A stretch of 52,160 bases of DNA, counting the filler, from Mizuhopecten yessoensis (taxonomy: Eukaryota): NCBI RefSeq assembly GCF_002113885.1. It is 3 parts of 3 records of this genome, joined end to end, with 100 filler letters (N's around TTAATTAATTAA, not from the genome) between each part and the next. Parts side by side here need not be neighbours in the genome. Positions count along the whole stretch, not along the records: positions 32,888 to 52,160 come from NW_018480058.1; 2 more parts are not named here. One strand, 5' to 3'. The notes beneath the pieces are model-generated. The model saw only the letters and a list, made by a program, of their open reading frames with translations, was not told the origin of the DNA and made no database searches. A program made the position numbers and the translations under genes. Shown here in pieces: positions 37,593-49,801 of this stretch; position 1 is the first letter of the stretch, and each line of letters starts with the position of its first letter.

Positions 37593-37839
37593 AGGTGGTT
37601 TTATTGTCAAAGCAGTTGTTATTTGCTTTGATCTTTATTTTTCATAAATGTTCTGTAAAGTGTGGGTTTTCTTTTCCCTAATGCTTTATGAAAGCTATAT
37701 TGTCGGGTAAACAAATGTCCAGTTCATAGTTGTTGACAGTGATTCAGCGTTGCTCAAGTGTACAGATAAATGATACCTCCTTGCGCCACTAGATGTCACG
37801 TACAGGGAGGCTACAAGGATATAAAAGGCGGTGTTGTAT

Positions 37840-38330
37840 TTTAGGGTGATGATATTTGGCTAGTAGAATGCAGAGATGAAAGGCTATAAAGTTTGTTCTA
37901 AAGAATGACCTTGACTCATATTCAAGGTCACAAGGTTGAATATGTTTAAACACTGCTTTTTTTTAACCAAAATAAAAAGTGCGGTGATATTTGACCAGTA
38001 GCCTGCTCAGATGAAGAGCTATCAAGTTCGTTTATGTGAATGACCTTTACCTACTTTCAAGGTCACATATGGCCAAATGTTTATAAACGTTTTTAATGAC
38101 CTCATCTCAACAAGCAAACGGTTTAGAGTAGTGATATTTTACAAGTTGCATGCTGGAATGAAGGGCTTTGGTGTTTGTTCAACTTATATGACCTTGTTAT
38201 ACGTTCAAGGTCACAGGTATCAAACGTGTTCAAATCTTTTAACATGTTCTTTTGAATGACTTAATGTTTTAGATACTGATAATATGCTTATAGCTTTATT
38301 TTAGTCCACTTTCGAGGTTACAAATGTGAT
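37840..38330 (+). repeat. Degenerate ~140-bp satellite units related to the HINE internal repeats
   Basis: TGACCTT..TTCAAGGTCAC recurs near 37907, 38041 and 38189; reverse-complement similarity to the units at 43060-43640. Confidence 0.65.
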
Positions 38331-39017
38331 ATTAATACCAGCTGAGCGACGAGAAATCAAGGTCGCCACTGGAAACATACCTAGTCAGACCTAGCAAAGA
38401 CGATAAATGACGGTGGGTTCCGGTCAAATGTGAACCATGGACATTACATACCAATACAATGTAAAACAAATAATATATACAGTGTATCGTTTGTGACAAA
38501 TGGATGAGTCTAATTGTCATATAACATGGCAAGCATACAATATATTTAATACACGACTTCAAATGGGATATGAATACTATTCCGAGGGTTATATATAATC
38601 TACATGATTCACTGGTAAACCTTTCAGGAAAACAAAATAGTTTGACAAAAGTTATGCATTATCACCTAATTGCTGTGACTTTCACAGTCTCACAGTGATT
38701 CACTATGGTGTCTGTTTATTGTTATACCATTGGTGACATACATTAGCCACGCAGCTAGACATTTTAGAGTTAAACTATCATAAGTAAGAGTAATGCCTTG
38801 CAGTAGTATTATTTATTTTGTGATCGGTTCTCTGCTGAACCTTTTTATTGTCTATATTATCAGTTATAATGCGTATCTATGTTACTCCCTCCCCTCCTCG
38901 TTAACTAATAACATGAATAAATTCATGTTTTTGTATGTCCCACAATTAAACGGGTATTGATTAAATAACCGAAACCCGGCCAATCCATTTTGTTGTAAAA
39001 TTTGTGAAAATTGTTGT

Positions 39018-40068
39018 AACAAGAGGCCCATGGGCCTTAACGGTCACCTGATATGTTTATACAGAGAGTTGATTTTGTTTTTAACACGAACAGAAATATT
39101 ATTCAGTGACAAAAAAACAATAAAACCATCTTATTCAATATCTAGCATACAGATTTAAGACTAAAATGTATTGGAAACTAGCACCTCTGATTCTAAACAA
39201 GGAAAATGAAGAAATTTTAGCACACTGACTCCTTTGGGCCCCACCCTACAGCCCTTGGGAGGAGGGCCGGCTCAAAATTTTCAAAGTATCAAACTGTCAA
39301 CTCAAGGTTATAATTCCAATCAAGTTATTAACATGTAATATTCAAAGTATCATTTCCCATTATAACCCATAATAAATCCCCCCCCTCCTTCCCCAGGGGG
39401 TAAACGTGAGACCCTAGGGTCATAAACCTTAAGACCCTTCCATCTAAGAAGAGTGTTTGATTCCACATATCTGGGTCTTTGAGAAGATATTTATTTGAAA
39501 TTTCAGTCAATTCAACCCTTTTTGGCACCACCCATCAGCCCCGGGGGGTCAGTCAGGGCTCATTTGTGCATACCATCAAACTGCTATCCAATACTGATGA
39601 TGCTTACCCAAATTGAATTACTTCCAATGAAAATTAAACAAATGTTGGTCCAAAAGGTGATTTCCCTATATAAACTATAGTAAAGTTTACCCCCTCCCCA
39701 GGGGTACACGTGAGACCCCAGGGTTATAAAATTCACAATTTTGGTAAAGCACCTTAAGACCATTCCATCTATGAAGAGTGTTTGATTCTACCATATCTGG
39801 GTCTTGAGAAGAAGATTTTTGAAATTCCAGTCAATTCGACCCTTTTTGGTCCCGCCCCTCAGGCCCCTGTGGGCCAGGGACCAACCCGGCACCCATTTTT
39901 GTTGACCTTTGGCCATGGAAGGTTTCTGCAAAATTTCATTGAAATTGGTGCAAGGGTTTTGGAGAAGAAGTCGAAAATGTAAATTGTTTACGGACGCACG
40001 ACGGACGACGACGGACAAAAGGCGATCGCAATAGGTCACTTGAGACTATGTCTCAGGTGACCTAAAAA
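39018..40068 (-). mobile_element. Helentron-associated non-autonomous element (HINE / pearl-CvA type) with ~305-bp internal duplication
   Basis: Ends AACAAGAGGCCCATGGGCC..GGTCACCTGA and AGGTCACTTGAGACTATGTCTCAGGTGACCTAAAAA; (GACG)n microsatellite ~39990-40016; internal repeat CCCCAGGGG..CGTGAGACCC at 39391 and 39696. Confidence 0.85.
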
Positions 40069-40345
40069 TGCTATATATGTTATAGGTTTGTGTAATTTGC
40101 CCTTACATTGACTAAATTAGATTAATCCTAGCAGCATCTAGTTCTTTATTTGATATGAAGGACGACAATGAGGCGACTAATGTTGGAACCCCTGCAGAAT
40201 TGGGGATTTGCTTTTATGCCCTCTACACATAGAGGACACAAAATTAAAGCGACCAAAATAAATCTGCTGCACCCATTGCAACATTTTGGATCTCTATTTT
40301 TCTTCCTACTTATATCTCCCCTTTATTTCCTTGCGCCTTGCTTTG

Positions 40346-40705
40346 CAATACCTCACCTTTGGCTTTAATAGTGAGCGTTCGGCCAGGTGAGGAAGGCAAT
40401 GGATACTTAAAACTGGTATTTGTTATTTCCCTGCTTAACGTTCAGCATTTAGAGGAATGGCAACAACTGGTTCATACGTTGTCCGCATAATGTGGCCGGG
40501 TGGAATGCTGTTTTGTGTGCTTTCTGCATGGTATTTCAGTGAGATAGCACTATAAATTCGGCATCAGATCCGGGCTATCACAAGGAGACAATGACACCAT
40601 ACCCTGTCTCCGGCACACATACACACATGCATGCATACACAATACACATGGAGGCGCGTCCTCAAAAGACTTCAGCTGTCAATTGGACGTTAAACAAAAC
40701 CAACC
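40346..40705 (+). mobile_element. Second, more diverged Meta/MESC-type SINE copy (internal deletion in head)
   Basis: Colinear with 15916-16325: CCTGCTTAACGTTCAGCA, TTTCAGTGAGATAGCACTATAAA, CTATCACAAGGAGACA, AGCTGTCAATTGGACGTTAAAC. Confidence 0.8.
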
Positions 40706-42254
40706 CTGGTTCCCCCTTTGAGGACGTAACATTAGTTTGTTGTGACATGGATTTACAAAACGGATGTCGTCCATGAAGCAGAAAACACGTTCAAAACATC
40801 TGGTCATGTTTTTAATGGCCTCCGTGCAAACGACTTCTTCGTTGATATTCTGCTGTAGATTGGTCGTGGTTTGATACATTAATCATGGTTTCTTCTTCAC
40901 TTCTCCATCCACTCCAATATTGTCAAAAGCAGCATTTATTGTTGGTACGTTAATCCTTGTTGATTAAGAAGGAACTCTGATTGTGAAATGTTTTCTGTTG
41001 CATCTTTAGTTGGCACACACACATAACCTATTTGGTTGTTGTGCCACACGAAATCTTGCACACGAAACGTAACTTTTCTTTTTTAAGTGGGGAGAATACT
41101 GAAATTTGCACTTATATTAGCTTCATATGAAACGAAAATAATAGATACATATTTAAGTAAAATAGAATACAAACTATATTTATTTATATATAGCCTTTGG
41201 CTACCAGCAGGCCGAAAGGATATGCGTTGACACCAACATATCATACACGTTATACAGTACATTTCACCTAATATCACGTCTGTTAATGTCACTTTTCTGT
41301 TATTATTATGTTTTTTTGATGCACCGTTTTTCCTGTTTTATAATCAATGCAATTCAATTCTTTTATTATCACCTGATTTTATGTTGATTTCTCTTAATAT
41401 CACTTTATTTTGGCCACTGTCACACAAAAAATACAGGTAAATGGTGGTAATGATTCATGATAAATGCCCTGGGGACTTTCTGTCACACCCTCAGTGACCC
41501 TGGACGCATTATGTAAACAATGCCTTGGCCTAACAGGGTATTTTTTTACACCTGGCTGACTGTCAAACAATAGGTTACACCTGACTGACTGTTAAACAAT
41601 AGGTTGACTTACAACCTGTGGTTGGGGGTGCTAGGACTGTCTTACATCTGTAAACTTTTCTAATGCCAATTGTTATGTATTTTTTCAACTAATTATAACA
41701 TGTGTACTATCTTCAATTACACACTTGCAGCAAAAAAAGATGTTACTAGCGAAAGAACAGTATATATATCAAGATATAGGTAAATATTTACCAAGTCTCA
41801 TGTTTACAATTGAATTTGATGCAGAATACCAGCCAAACACTTGTATGCCTACATCACTACTGCAGTAAACAATGTATAATGGAACTCTGCTATCGGGTGT
41901 TTTCTCATATAGTTATATAAACAGTAAAAACACGTGTAATTTGCGGAGGTTCTTTTTGGGCTGAAATGCTGGAAAAACTTGAACATATGTATTTTATTTT
42001 GCGCATCAATTTCCCCCCTCGACAACGATGTCCAGAATGCCCGGAAAATTTGCCTCCAACAAGAAACTTGGAAATAAATACATATATAGCTTCTTTCTCA
42101 TGTCATTTATTAATGAAATGTGTTATTTGATTATGAATTTAATGAATTTAGATCCTTGTGCAGATACATAGATATGTTTGTTTTCTTTGAAGTATATAGT
42201 TTGCTGCGAAGTAATTGACTGCACCACACAATGTTTAATATTTAAAACAATGGA

Positions 42255-42313
42255 TACATATATCTATAACAATGTATACATATATCTATAACAATGTATA
42301 CATATATCTATAA
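42255..42313. repeat. 22-bp tandem repeat, ~2.7 copies (ATACATATATCTATAACAATGT)
   Basis: Directly visible. Confidence 0.8.
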
Positions 42314-42956
42314 GATCTAATTTCATTTATGACAGATTCAATCAATGCCAACCTTATTACAATAAAGTAAAAATATTTGAATACAATTATGATTACAATG
42401 TAAACTTGAAGTTTGAAACACCAAACATACATAATTCTAGGTATAGGGGAATGTCATTAATAAATACATGTAACAAAACCTGCTTGCTGCTAGCTAGTCC
42501 TATAGAAACATCAAAAGCTCACTACACACACATCGTTACATTCGATGGTAGTTCAGATGATATCAATTTCAACATTGAGGCATTTATTTAAGGGACTCGT
42601 TATTAAGTTCATTTCAACAGAAGATGCAAAAGGAAAAGTTGTACCAGACAAGATTCCTTTACAAACCTATCAGAAATGCTCTATTAAAATCAATATTAAA
42701 TTGATAAAAAGTCAGAGTAGAGCCTGATAATGCTAAAGTATTTCAAACATACATGTATATATAGATTAATAACATTATGTATTACATTAAATATACTTAG
42801 TCAAGTGTAAAATCTTCAATCTTTATTCCTTAACAAGTAAGGTGTATCTTGCTTATTGTGTAAAGTTGTAGTTACAAATGATTTAAAAACACAATAGTCT
42901 TAAACTATCTGTAAACAAAAACTCACAAGGAATTTCATGGTTCCAAGGATCTTTAT

Positions 42957-43719
42957 ACAAGAGGGCCAATGGGCCTGCATCGCTCACCTGGTATTAATCT
43001 CACACATGTAATCTTAAGATTTCATAAGAACCTATTAAAAGATTTAAAGATATGACGCCTGTGACCTTGATTGTCCAACAATTGCAAGGTTGAAAGTGGA
43101 TCAAGGTCATTCATTTGAACAAAATTAGTAGTCCTTCATCCCAGCATGCTACAGGCCCAATATCAGTACACTGGGCCTTTTGGTTATTGAGAAGAAGTTG
43201 TTTAAAGATTTTAAGACATTTGACCCCTGTGACCCTGAAAATTAGTCAAGGTCATTCATTTAAACAAACTTGGTAGCCCTTCATCCCAGGATGATACAGG
43301 CCTAATATCAGTTCCCTGGGCCTTTTGGTTATTGAGAAGATGTCGTTTGAACATTTTAAGACATCTGACCCCAGTGACCTTGAAAATTGGTCAAGGTCAT
43401 TTATTTGAACAAACTTAGTAGCCCTTCATCCCAGCATGCTACAGGCCCAATATCAGTACACTGGGCCTTTTGGTTATTGAGAAGAAGTTGTTTGAAGATT
43501 TTAACACATTTGACCCCTGTGACCTTGAAAGTGGGTCAAGGTCATTCATTTTAACAAGCTTTTTAGCCTTCATCCCAGCATGATACTGGCCAAATATCAT
43601 CATCAAAGGCCTTTTGGTTACTGAAAAGAAGTTGTTTAAAGTAGAAAGTTGACGCCGGACAGACGGACAAACGCCGCACCATGGCATAAGCTCACTTGCC
43701 CTTCGGGCAGGTGAGCTAA
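42957..43719 (-). mobile_element. HINE element carrying four 145-bp satellite monomers
   Basis: ACAAGAGGGCCAATGGGCC..CGCTCACCTGG end; TCAAGGTCA at 43101, 43246, 43391 and 43536; (GGAC/AGAC)n; terminal hairpin AGCTCACTTGCCCTTCGGGCAGGTGAGCTAA. Confidence 0.88.
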
Positions 43720-43777
43720 TAACAACTATTGTTGGAAATGACTAAAAGTACATGAGGAGCAGCTATAGGCTTTTTTT

Positions 43778-45199
43778 AACAAGAGGCCCAAGGGCCTTAG
43801 CGGTCACCTGAGTTATATCATAGGTACTGGTAGCTTTATTTTATTGTTTAGATGTGATGTGGAAATCAGCATGTAAACTAAGTGAAATACAATACTTGTC
43901 ATGTCATCAATGGATAAGAATTTGAAAATATTGGTAAATGTTCCCTTTGGGGCCCCGCCCTAGCCCCTGGGGATGGGGCAGGAATCCNNNNNNNNNNNNN
44001 NNNNNNNNNNNNNNNNNNNNNNNNNNNNNNNNNNNNNNNNNNNNNNNNNNNNNNNNNNNNNNNNNNNNNNNNNNNNNNNNNNNNNNNNNNNNNNNNNNNN
44101 NNNNNNNNNNNNNNNNNNNNNNNNNNNNNNNNNNNNNNNNNNNNNNNNNNNNNNNNNNNNNNNNNNNNNNNNNNNNNNNNNNNNNNNNNNNNNNNNNNNN
44201 NNNNNNNNNNNNNNNNNNNNNNNNNNNNNNNNNNNNNNNNNNNNNNNNNNNNNNNNNNNNNNNNNNNNNNNNNNNNNNNNNNNNNNNNNNNNNNNNNNNN
44301 NNNNNNNNNNNNNNNNNNNNNNNNNNNNNNNNNNNNNNNNNNNNNNNNNNNNNNNNNNNNNNNNNNNNNNNNNNNNNNNNNNNNNNNNNNNNNNNNNNNN
44401 NNNNNNNNNNNNNNNNNNNNNNNNNNNNNNNNNNNNNNNNNNNNNNNNNNNNNNNNNNNNNNNNNNNNNNNNNNNNNNNNNNNNNNNNNNNNNNNNNNNN
44501 NNNNNNNNNNNNNNNNNNNNNNNNNNNNNNNNNNNNNNNNNNNNNNNNNNNNNNNNNNNNNNNNNNNNNNNNNNNNNNNNNNNNNNNNNNNNNNNNNNNN
44601 NNNNNNNNNNNNNNNNNNNNNNNNNNNNNNNNNNNNNNNNNNNNNNNNNNNNNNNNNNNNNNNNNNNNNNNNNNNNNNNNNNNNNNNNNNNNNNNNNNNN
44701 NNNNNNNNNNNNNNNNNNNNNNNNNNNNNNNNNNNNNNNNNNNNNNNNNNNNNNNNNNNNNNNNNNNNNNNNNNNNNNNNNNNNNNNNNNNNNNNNNNNN
44801 NNNNNNNNNNNNNNNNNNNNNNNNNNNNNNNNNNNNNNNNNNNNNNNNNNNNNNNNNNNNNNNNNNNNNNNNNNNNNNNNNNNNNNNNNNNNNNNNNNNN
44901 NNNNNNNNNNNNNNNNNNNNNNNNNNNNNNNNNNNNNNNNNNNNNNNNNNNNNNNNNNNNNNNNNNTAATTTTCCCTTTGGGGCCCCGCCCTGGCCCCAG
45001 GGGTTGGGGTAGGAATCCCAATTTTACAATTTTGAAGCCTCATCTACCAAGGATGATTCTGACCAAGTTTGAAAAAAATCCATCCACTGGTTCTTGAGAA
45101 GAAGTTGAAAATGTAAAAGTTTACGCACGACGCACGACGGACGACGGACGAAAAGCGATTGGAATAGGTCACTTGAGCAAAGCTCAGGTGACCTAAAAA
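43778..45199 (-). mobile_element. HINE element spanning a ~1-kb gap
   Basis: AACAAGAGGCCCAAGGGCC..GGTCACCTGAG end and AGGTCACTTGAGCAAAGCTCAGGTGACCTAAAAA end; (GACG)n; the same repeat unit TTCCCTTTGGGGCCCCGCCCT flanks both sides of the N-run. Confidence 0.82.
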
Positions 45200-45499
45200 T
45201 CTAAATATCATAAATTACTTGTACCCTCTTTTGAACCTGACACAAGGGGAGGTAAGTATACAATCTTACTAACACAACAATTGATTTCCAGGTCCCAAAG
45301 ATCAAGACTACTTCATAGGATTAACTTTGATCCATGTAAATATGTGTACTTGGTCTAATGATCACATAAATTTATGTGTTGTAACCCATGTTATGGACTT
45401 GGTGGCGCCGTGGTGGGATACAACCCCTTGGCAAATCTTGTAGTTTGAAGGTAATGTGTTGAAAATTGCACATGGTGTAAAGCAGACATTGTTTCAGCT

Positions 45500-45780
45500 A
45501 TTGAATAAAGGGGCATAACTCCCTAAATGACTGTCAGATAATGGCGTTTATCAAATTTGTCTGAGCCCTCATAATGATTGACCTTCCCATGAAGTTTGAA
45601 GCCAGTCGGATGATGGTTGATATATAACTTGTTTGGGCTCTCATCATTATATTTAATCTTCCCATGAAGTTTGAAGTTAATCTGTTGAAAACTCTAAATA
45701 TCGAGCGGACAATGTGCATGCCCGCCCGCCCACTCACACGATAACACAATAAGTCCTGTCTTTCGTTTGGCATACAAAAA
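45500..45780 (-). mobile_element. Probable remnant of another Helentron-type non-autonomous element
   Basis: AAGGGGCATAACTCC, duplicated CTTCCCATGAAGTTTGAAG, (CCCG)n microsatellite and A-run end. Confidence 0.45.
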
Positions 45781-46101
45781 GAAGGAAAAAAAGGTAAAAA
45801 AGGACTACTGCCTAATACTGACTGTTTACATAATTTCATCAAACATTGAATGTGAAACAATTCCATTATGATATATATATAGTTGCCATATCAAATGCTG
45901 AAGTTATTTTTCCCATTTATCCTCGACATGTATAGAGAGAATATCACTATATAAAATCAAGATACAGCAAGAATTATCAAGTCATCTTCCCATTAGGTAA
46001 CACCATTACAATTTTCTGTCGCATCATATATAACAGAATGTTTGTTTTTACTTTTTCGACATGTCTATGTGCACCCCATTTTTCAGTACAACCAGTCTGG
46101 T

Positions 46102-47049
46102 CTAGCTGGGCTGTTGTGTGTCTATAGATTGTGTTAAATCTCCACGTTCAAGTGAATGCTGGTCCACAAATATGGCACTTGTAAGGTTTCTCTCCAGTGT
46201 GCCTGGTTCAGGTTGTTTTTTGTGTACCTTATAGTGCGTGTTTAGACTCCCTGTTTGAGTGAATGCTCGTCCACAAATATGGCACTCATAAGGTTTCTCT
46301 CCAGTGTGAATTCGGACATGGCGCTTCAGTCCATCTTTATGGTTGAATGCCCTACCACAGTGTTCACAGTGGTAGGGTTTCTCGCCTGTATGTGTCCTGC
46401 GGTGAGATCTTATGTGTCCCGCCTGCGTAAAACTTTTCCCACATATATCACAATCGTACGGCCGTTCTCCAGTATGGATCATGACGTGTCGCTTCATACA
46501 CTCTGACTGTCTAAACCCTTTCCCGCAAATGTCACACTTGAATGGCATCTCCCCTGTATGTATCCTTGTATGTACCTCCAATGCCCTTTTCTGTCCAAAC
46601 CCCCTGCCACAAACATCACACTTGTATGCCCTATAGTCTCCATGAGTTATTTCATGGCTCTGTAAAGTACCCTTCCTGGAGAAGCTTTTTCCGCAGATTT
46701 CACAGGTGAAGGGTCGTTCTCCGGTGTGTATCATGAGATGTTTCTTAAGGTCTCCTGAGGACTTAAACCCGTTACCACACACACCACACTTGAATGGCTT
46801 CTCTGTGGAGTGAGTCTTGGCGTGCAGTTTTAGTTTCCTTGGTTTGATGAACAACTTACCACAGACATCACAAACAAGTTCTTTGTTGTTTGACTTGACA
46901 GTCTCCTGTCCTTCTGTTTCTTTTTCTGATGTAGAGGTCTCATCTGTCGAGAGTGTACACATGAGCTCTTTGGTCAGTTGTTGTCTGGTCAGTTCAGTTA
47001 TTTCCTTATCTGATGGAAACGTGCTTTCTGCATTGAATTGGTACTCCAT
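46102..47049 (-). CDS. C2H2 zinc-finger protein, 315 aa, 8 tandem Kruppel-type fingers
   Basis: Intact ORF with 8 CxxC-x12-HxxxH repeats and TGE(K/R)P(F/Y) linkers. A splice acceptor (T8CAG) lies 20 nt upstream of the ATG (exon start 47069) with an in-frame TAA before the ATG, so the CDS is likely complete in one exon. Confidence 0.93.
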   Translation of the reverse strand: MEYQFNAESTFPSDKEITELTRQQLTKELMCTLSTDETSTSEKETEGQETVKSNNKELVCDVCGKLFIKPRKLKLHAKTHSTEKPFKCGVCGNGFKSSGDLKKHLMIHTGERPFTCEICGKSFSRKGTLQSHEITHGDYRAYKCDVCGRGFGQKRALEVHTRIHTGEMPFKCDICGKGFRQSECMKRHVMIHTGERPYDCDICGKSFTQAGHIRSHRRTHTGEKPYHCEHCGRAFNHKDGLKRHVRIHTGEKPYECHICGRAFTQTGSLNTHYKVHKKQPEPGTLERNLTSAIFVDQHSLERGDLTQSIDTQQPS

Positions 47050-47762
47050 CTTTTAAAAAACATCAATATCTGAAAAAAAATGTTAATGCATCAAATGCTA
47101 TTTCTAGCTTAATCTGTTTTTGCAGGGACATTGTGCATGGAACATCCATAAATTCTATCTAAAAAATTTATCTTACTGTAAAACCTATTCAATCAAACTA
47201 AGCTACAATTCCTGATTTCAAATCATTGGTACTGTATAAGAACAAGTCTGAAAGCCTTAATACTAATATCATGTTCATTGTTATGGCTATCAATTTTAAA
47301 TTTGTTATAACAATTTCTCTTTGACAATGTTGTAAACAATTTACTGATGATGATATCATCATTTAAAAACAGAACATTTCCCCCCACAGCATTGATTTGT
47401 GTTGGGAGAGCTAGCTCTCTCCTCCATAAAAAAATACAAATGTTTCTAATCTTGAGTTTGACTCAATTTAGTAAAAGTTTTCAGCTGATCATGAATTAGA
47501 AAGTCATGGATGTAAGAATGCCACAAAAACTCCATTTCATATATAATATTTACAACGTTATATCATTTTTCAAGCTTTGTTTACATATTATATTTAAAGT
47601 GATTATTTTTCTTTGTTTAGTTGCAATATCCTCAATATTCAGTTGAATTTACAGACTGTGTACTGTACTCCTGCAGAGTAAATTGTTGTATAATCAGTTT
47701 TGTGGTATACTTTCATTCTTGTATGGTAATCATGAGTAACATGTACTTCTTTACAATCACTA

Positions 47763-47908
47763 CAGGAGTCTGAAGTTTAATAAGTATAACAGCCTGTATA
47801 TATAAAAAATACCCTATATATAGTGTTTTTTTTTATAGTATACAGTGTTTTTTTATATATATATATACAGACTGTTATACTTATATTGATTAAACGTCAG
47901 ACTTCCGT
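47763..47908. repeat. ~145-bp AT-rich imperfect palindrome
   Basis: GGAGTCTGAAGTTTAATAAGTATAACAGCCTGTATATATA ... TATATATACAGACTGTTATACTTAT..TTAAACGTCAGACTTCC. Confidence 0.75.
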
Positions 47909-49042
47909 GCAATTGAAATGCACAGGCGCTTGTATCTGGTATTTCATACCCTGAGCTAGAATCCAAAATTCACTGGCACTACTTACATATTTTTTAAATA
48001 CCAAGCGCCTGTGCACAATGTTACTGTGGCCCTTTTCTGCAACCGTGCAAGGATATCAGCTCAAGCTATGTGATGATGTCGGCTTTTGTTGATGCATCCT
48101 ATCTATGACATAACCTTCGAAATTATGAAAAAAAGTAATTTATTTAGATATAATTTCTATTGTAATTTGTTAACTCCGGATTCGTAACGTTGTCCGGAGC
48201 AGGACTAGGCCTACCCAAAAACACAAGAGTTGTTGAGTGTTAAATGGGGGAAATATCACGGTGATCAGTGTCTGTATCTTTCAGAAGGTGCTTTTAAACA
48301 TAAATGTTGATATATGTAACACAACTTACTTTACACGGACGTTCATCTGTTATTTTGTATCAGTCTGGAGTTCCATCTTAAACAGGAAATTGAAATTATC
48401 ATTATAGGCGCGTTCGTACCAAAACATCCAATTGTACACAAGGGGCTGGTTCGGGTAGGTTCGTTTCATTTATTCGTGTACTAATTATATATATATATTT
48501 GCATCTGAAATCGTAGTGCTGTTTGAATTGACGCGTGCATGTTAACATCATATAAAGAAGTTTAAATTCCACAAACATTATAATTTCATATTTACATAAA
48601 GGTACACGTAAGTGATTATTTTAATACTTTAATATTCTAAATAATATAAGAAATGTGAAAATGATACAAACTTTAAACAGAAATGCTAGTCTGTGTGTAA
48701 TACAATATAGTATTTTTTTCAAAATAGGAAAACAGGAACTAATTTTGGGTGTTGCCCAAAACTTTAAAATCAGAATAAGACTAAAAAAACCTAATAAATT
48801 ATAATTGTCATGTCGGTCGTACATGTATACTACTTATGTGATCATGTGTACATGAAACCACAGGTGAAAATACAGGTTTATCTATCATATATATAGTTCA
48901 CAGGATGGTTGATATGAGAAGAAAATCCCATATGAAAAAGAGGAAAATCTTCAAAAACCTAAGTCCAGATTAGTTTTGGACACAAAAAGGGTGTTGCCCG
49001 GGCAACTAGGTCAACACCCCTGAGTCCGCCACTGATCACTAT

Positions 49043-49190
49043 AGATGGTACGGTTAGATCTCTCAGAACTACACTTAATCAACTAGATCAGTATGCAAAA
49101 TACTCGGGATTAAAGCCAAATATTGTCAAGACGAAATGTATATGTATTGGCATCAAAGCTCATAGTAAAGACAGAATATGGAAAGAGAAA
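49043..49190 (+). mobile_element. Short fragment of a different L1/Tx1 RT
   Basis: DGTVRSLRTTLNQLDQYAKYSGLKPNIVKTKCICIG aligns to DGSDKSFTEALETLEKYALLSSMKVNTDKTQVIWIG of copy 1. Confidence 0.65.
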
Positions 49191-49801
49191 AAACAAATTA
49201 TCGTCAGGTATGTCTAAATGTTACACATGCTGAATAATCTTCAAATACTACTATGAGGATTTTTTTTAAAATTGTTCCTCACCCTTTTTTATGATTAGAT
49301 TTTTGTAAACGCCATTTATTTGCTCATATCCATTTGAATTACCAAATAACAGCCGCTAAATAGACCATCCAATTCCGGTGTGAGATCTAATTATTGAGTA
49401 TTCCCAGTTAAAAGAGGTTACATAGTTATGAAAAGAGTTCATGTGCAAAATACGTTTACGACTATCTACCCACAGCAATACCATCAGTGACGTCATCAAT
49501 TGATAACGTGTATCCGACATAAGCTTGCCACTCGTCGTCGTCCTCATCGCCTTCAGCGATTTATCATTCTGATTGAAAAATAAATCTACTTGGGATGCGT
49601 ATTACTGCGAACCAAACCTGGGGGCTCCTGGCAACAACAGGTGCAATGTGAACAATTCCACGTACGCTAGGCCAGCTTTACAACTTAATATACTTATTAC
49701 AATGTATCTGTTAAACTGATACTAATTATAAACATCCTCGTGTTTTTACGGACAAGTCCATACCCCAGGCCTGACAATGTGCTAATTAATAGTACCATAC
49801 A

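Noticed and set aside
43907-45097. Four long ORFs of 343-378 aa
   Set aside because: Almost entirely X, from the N gap.
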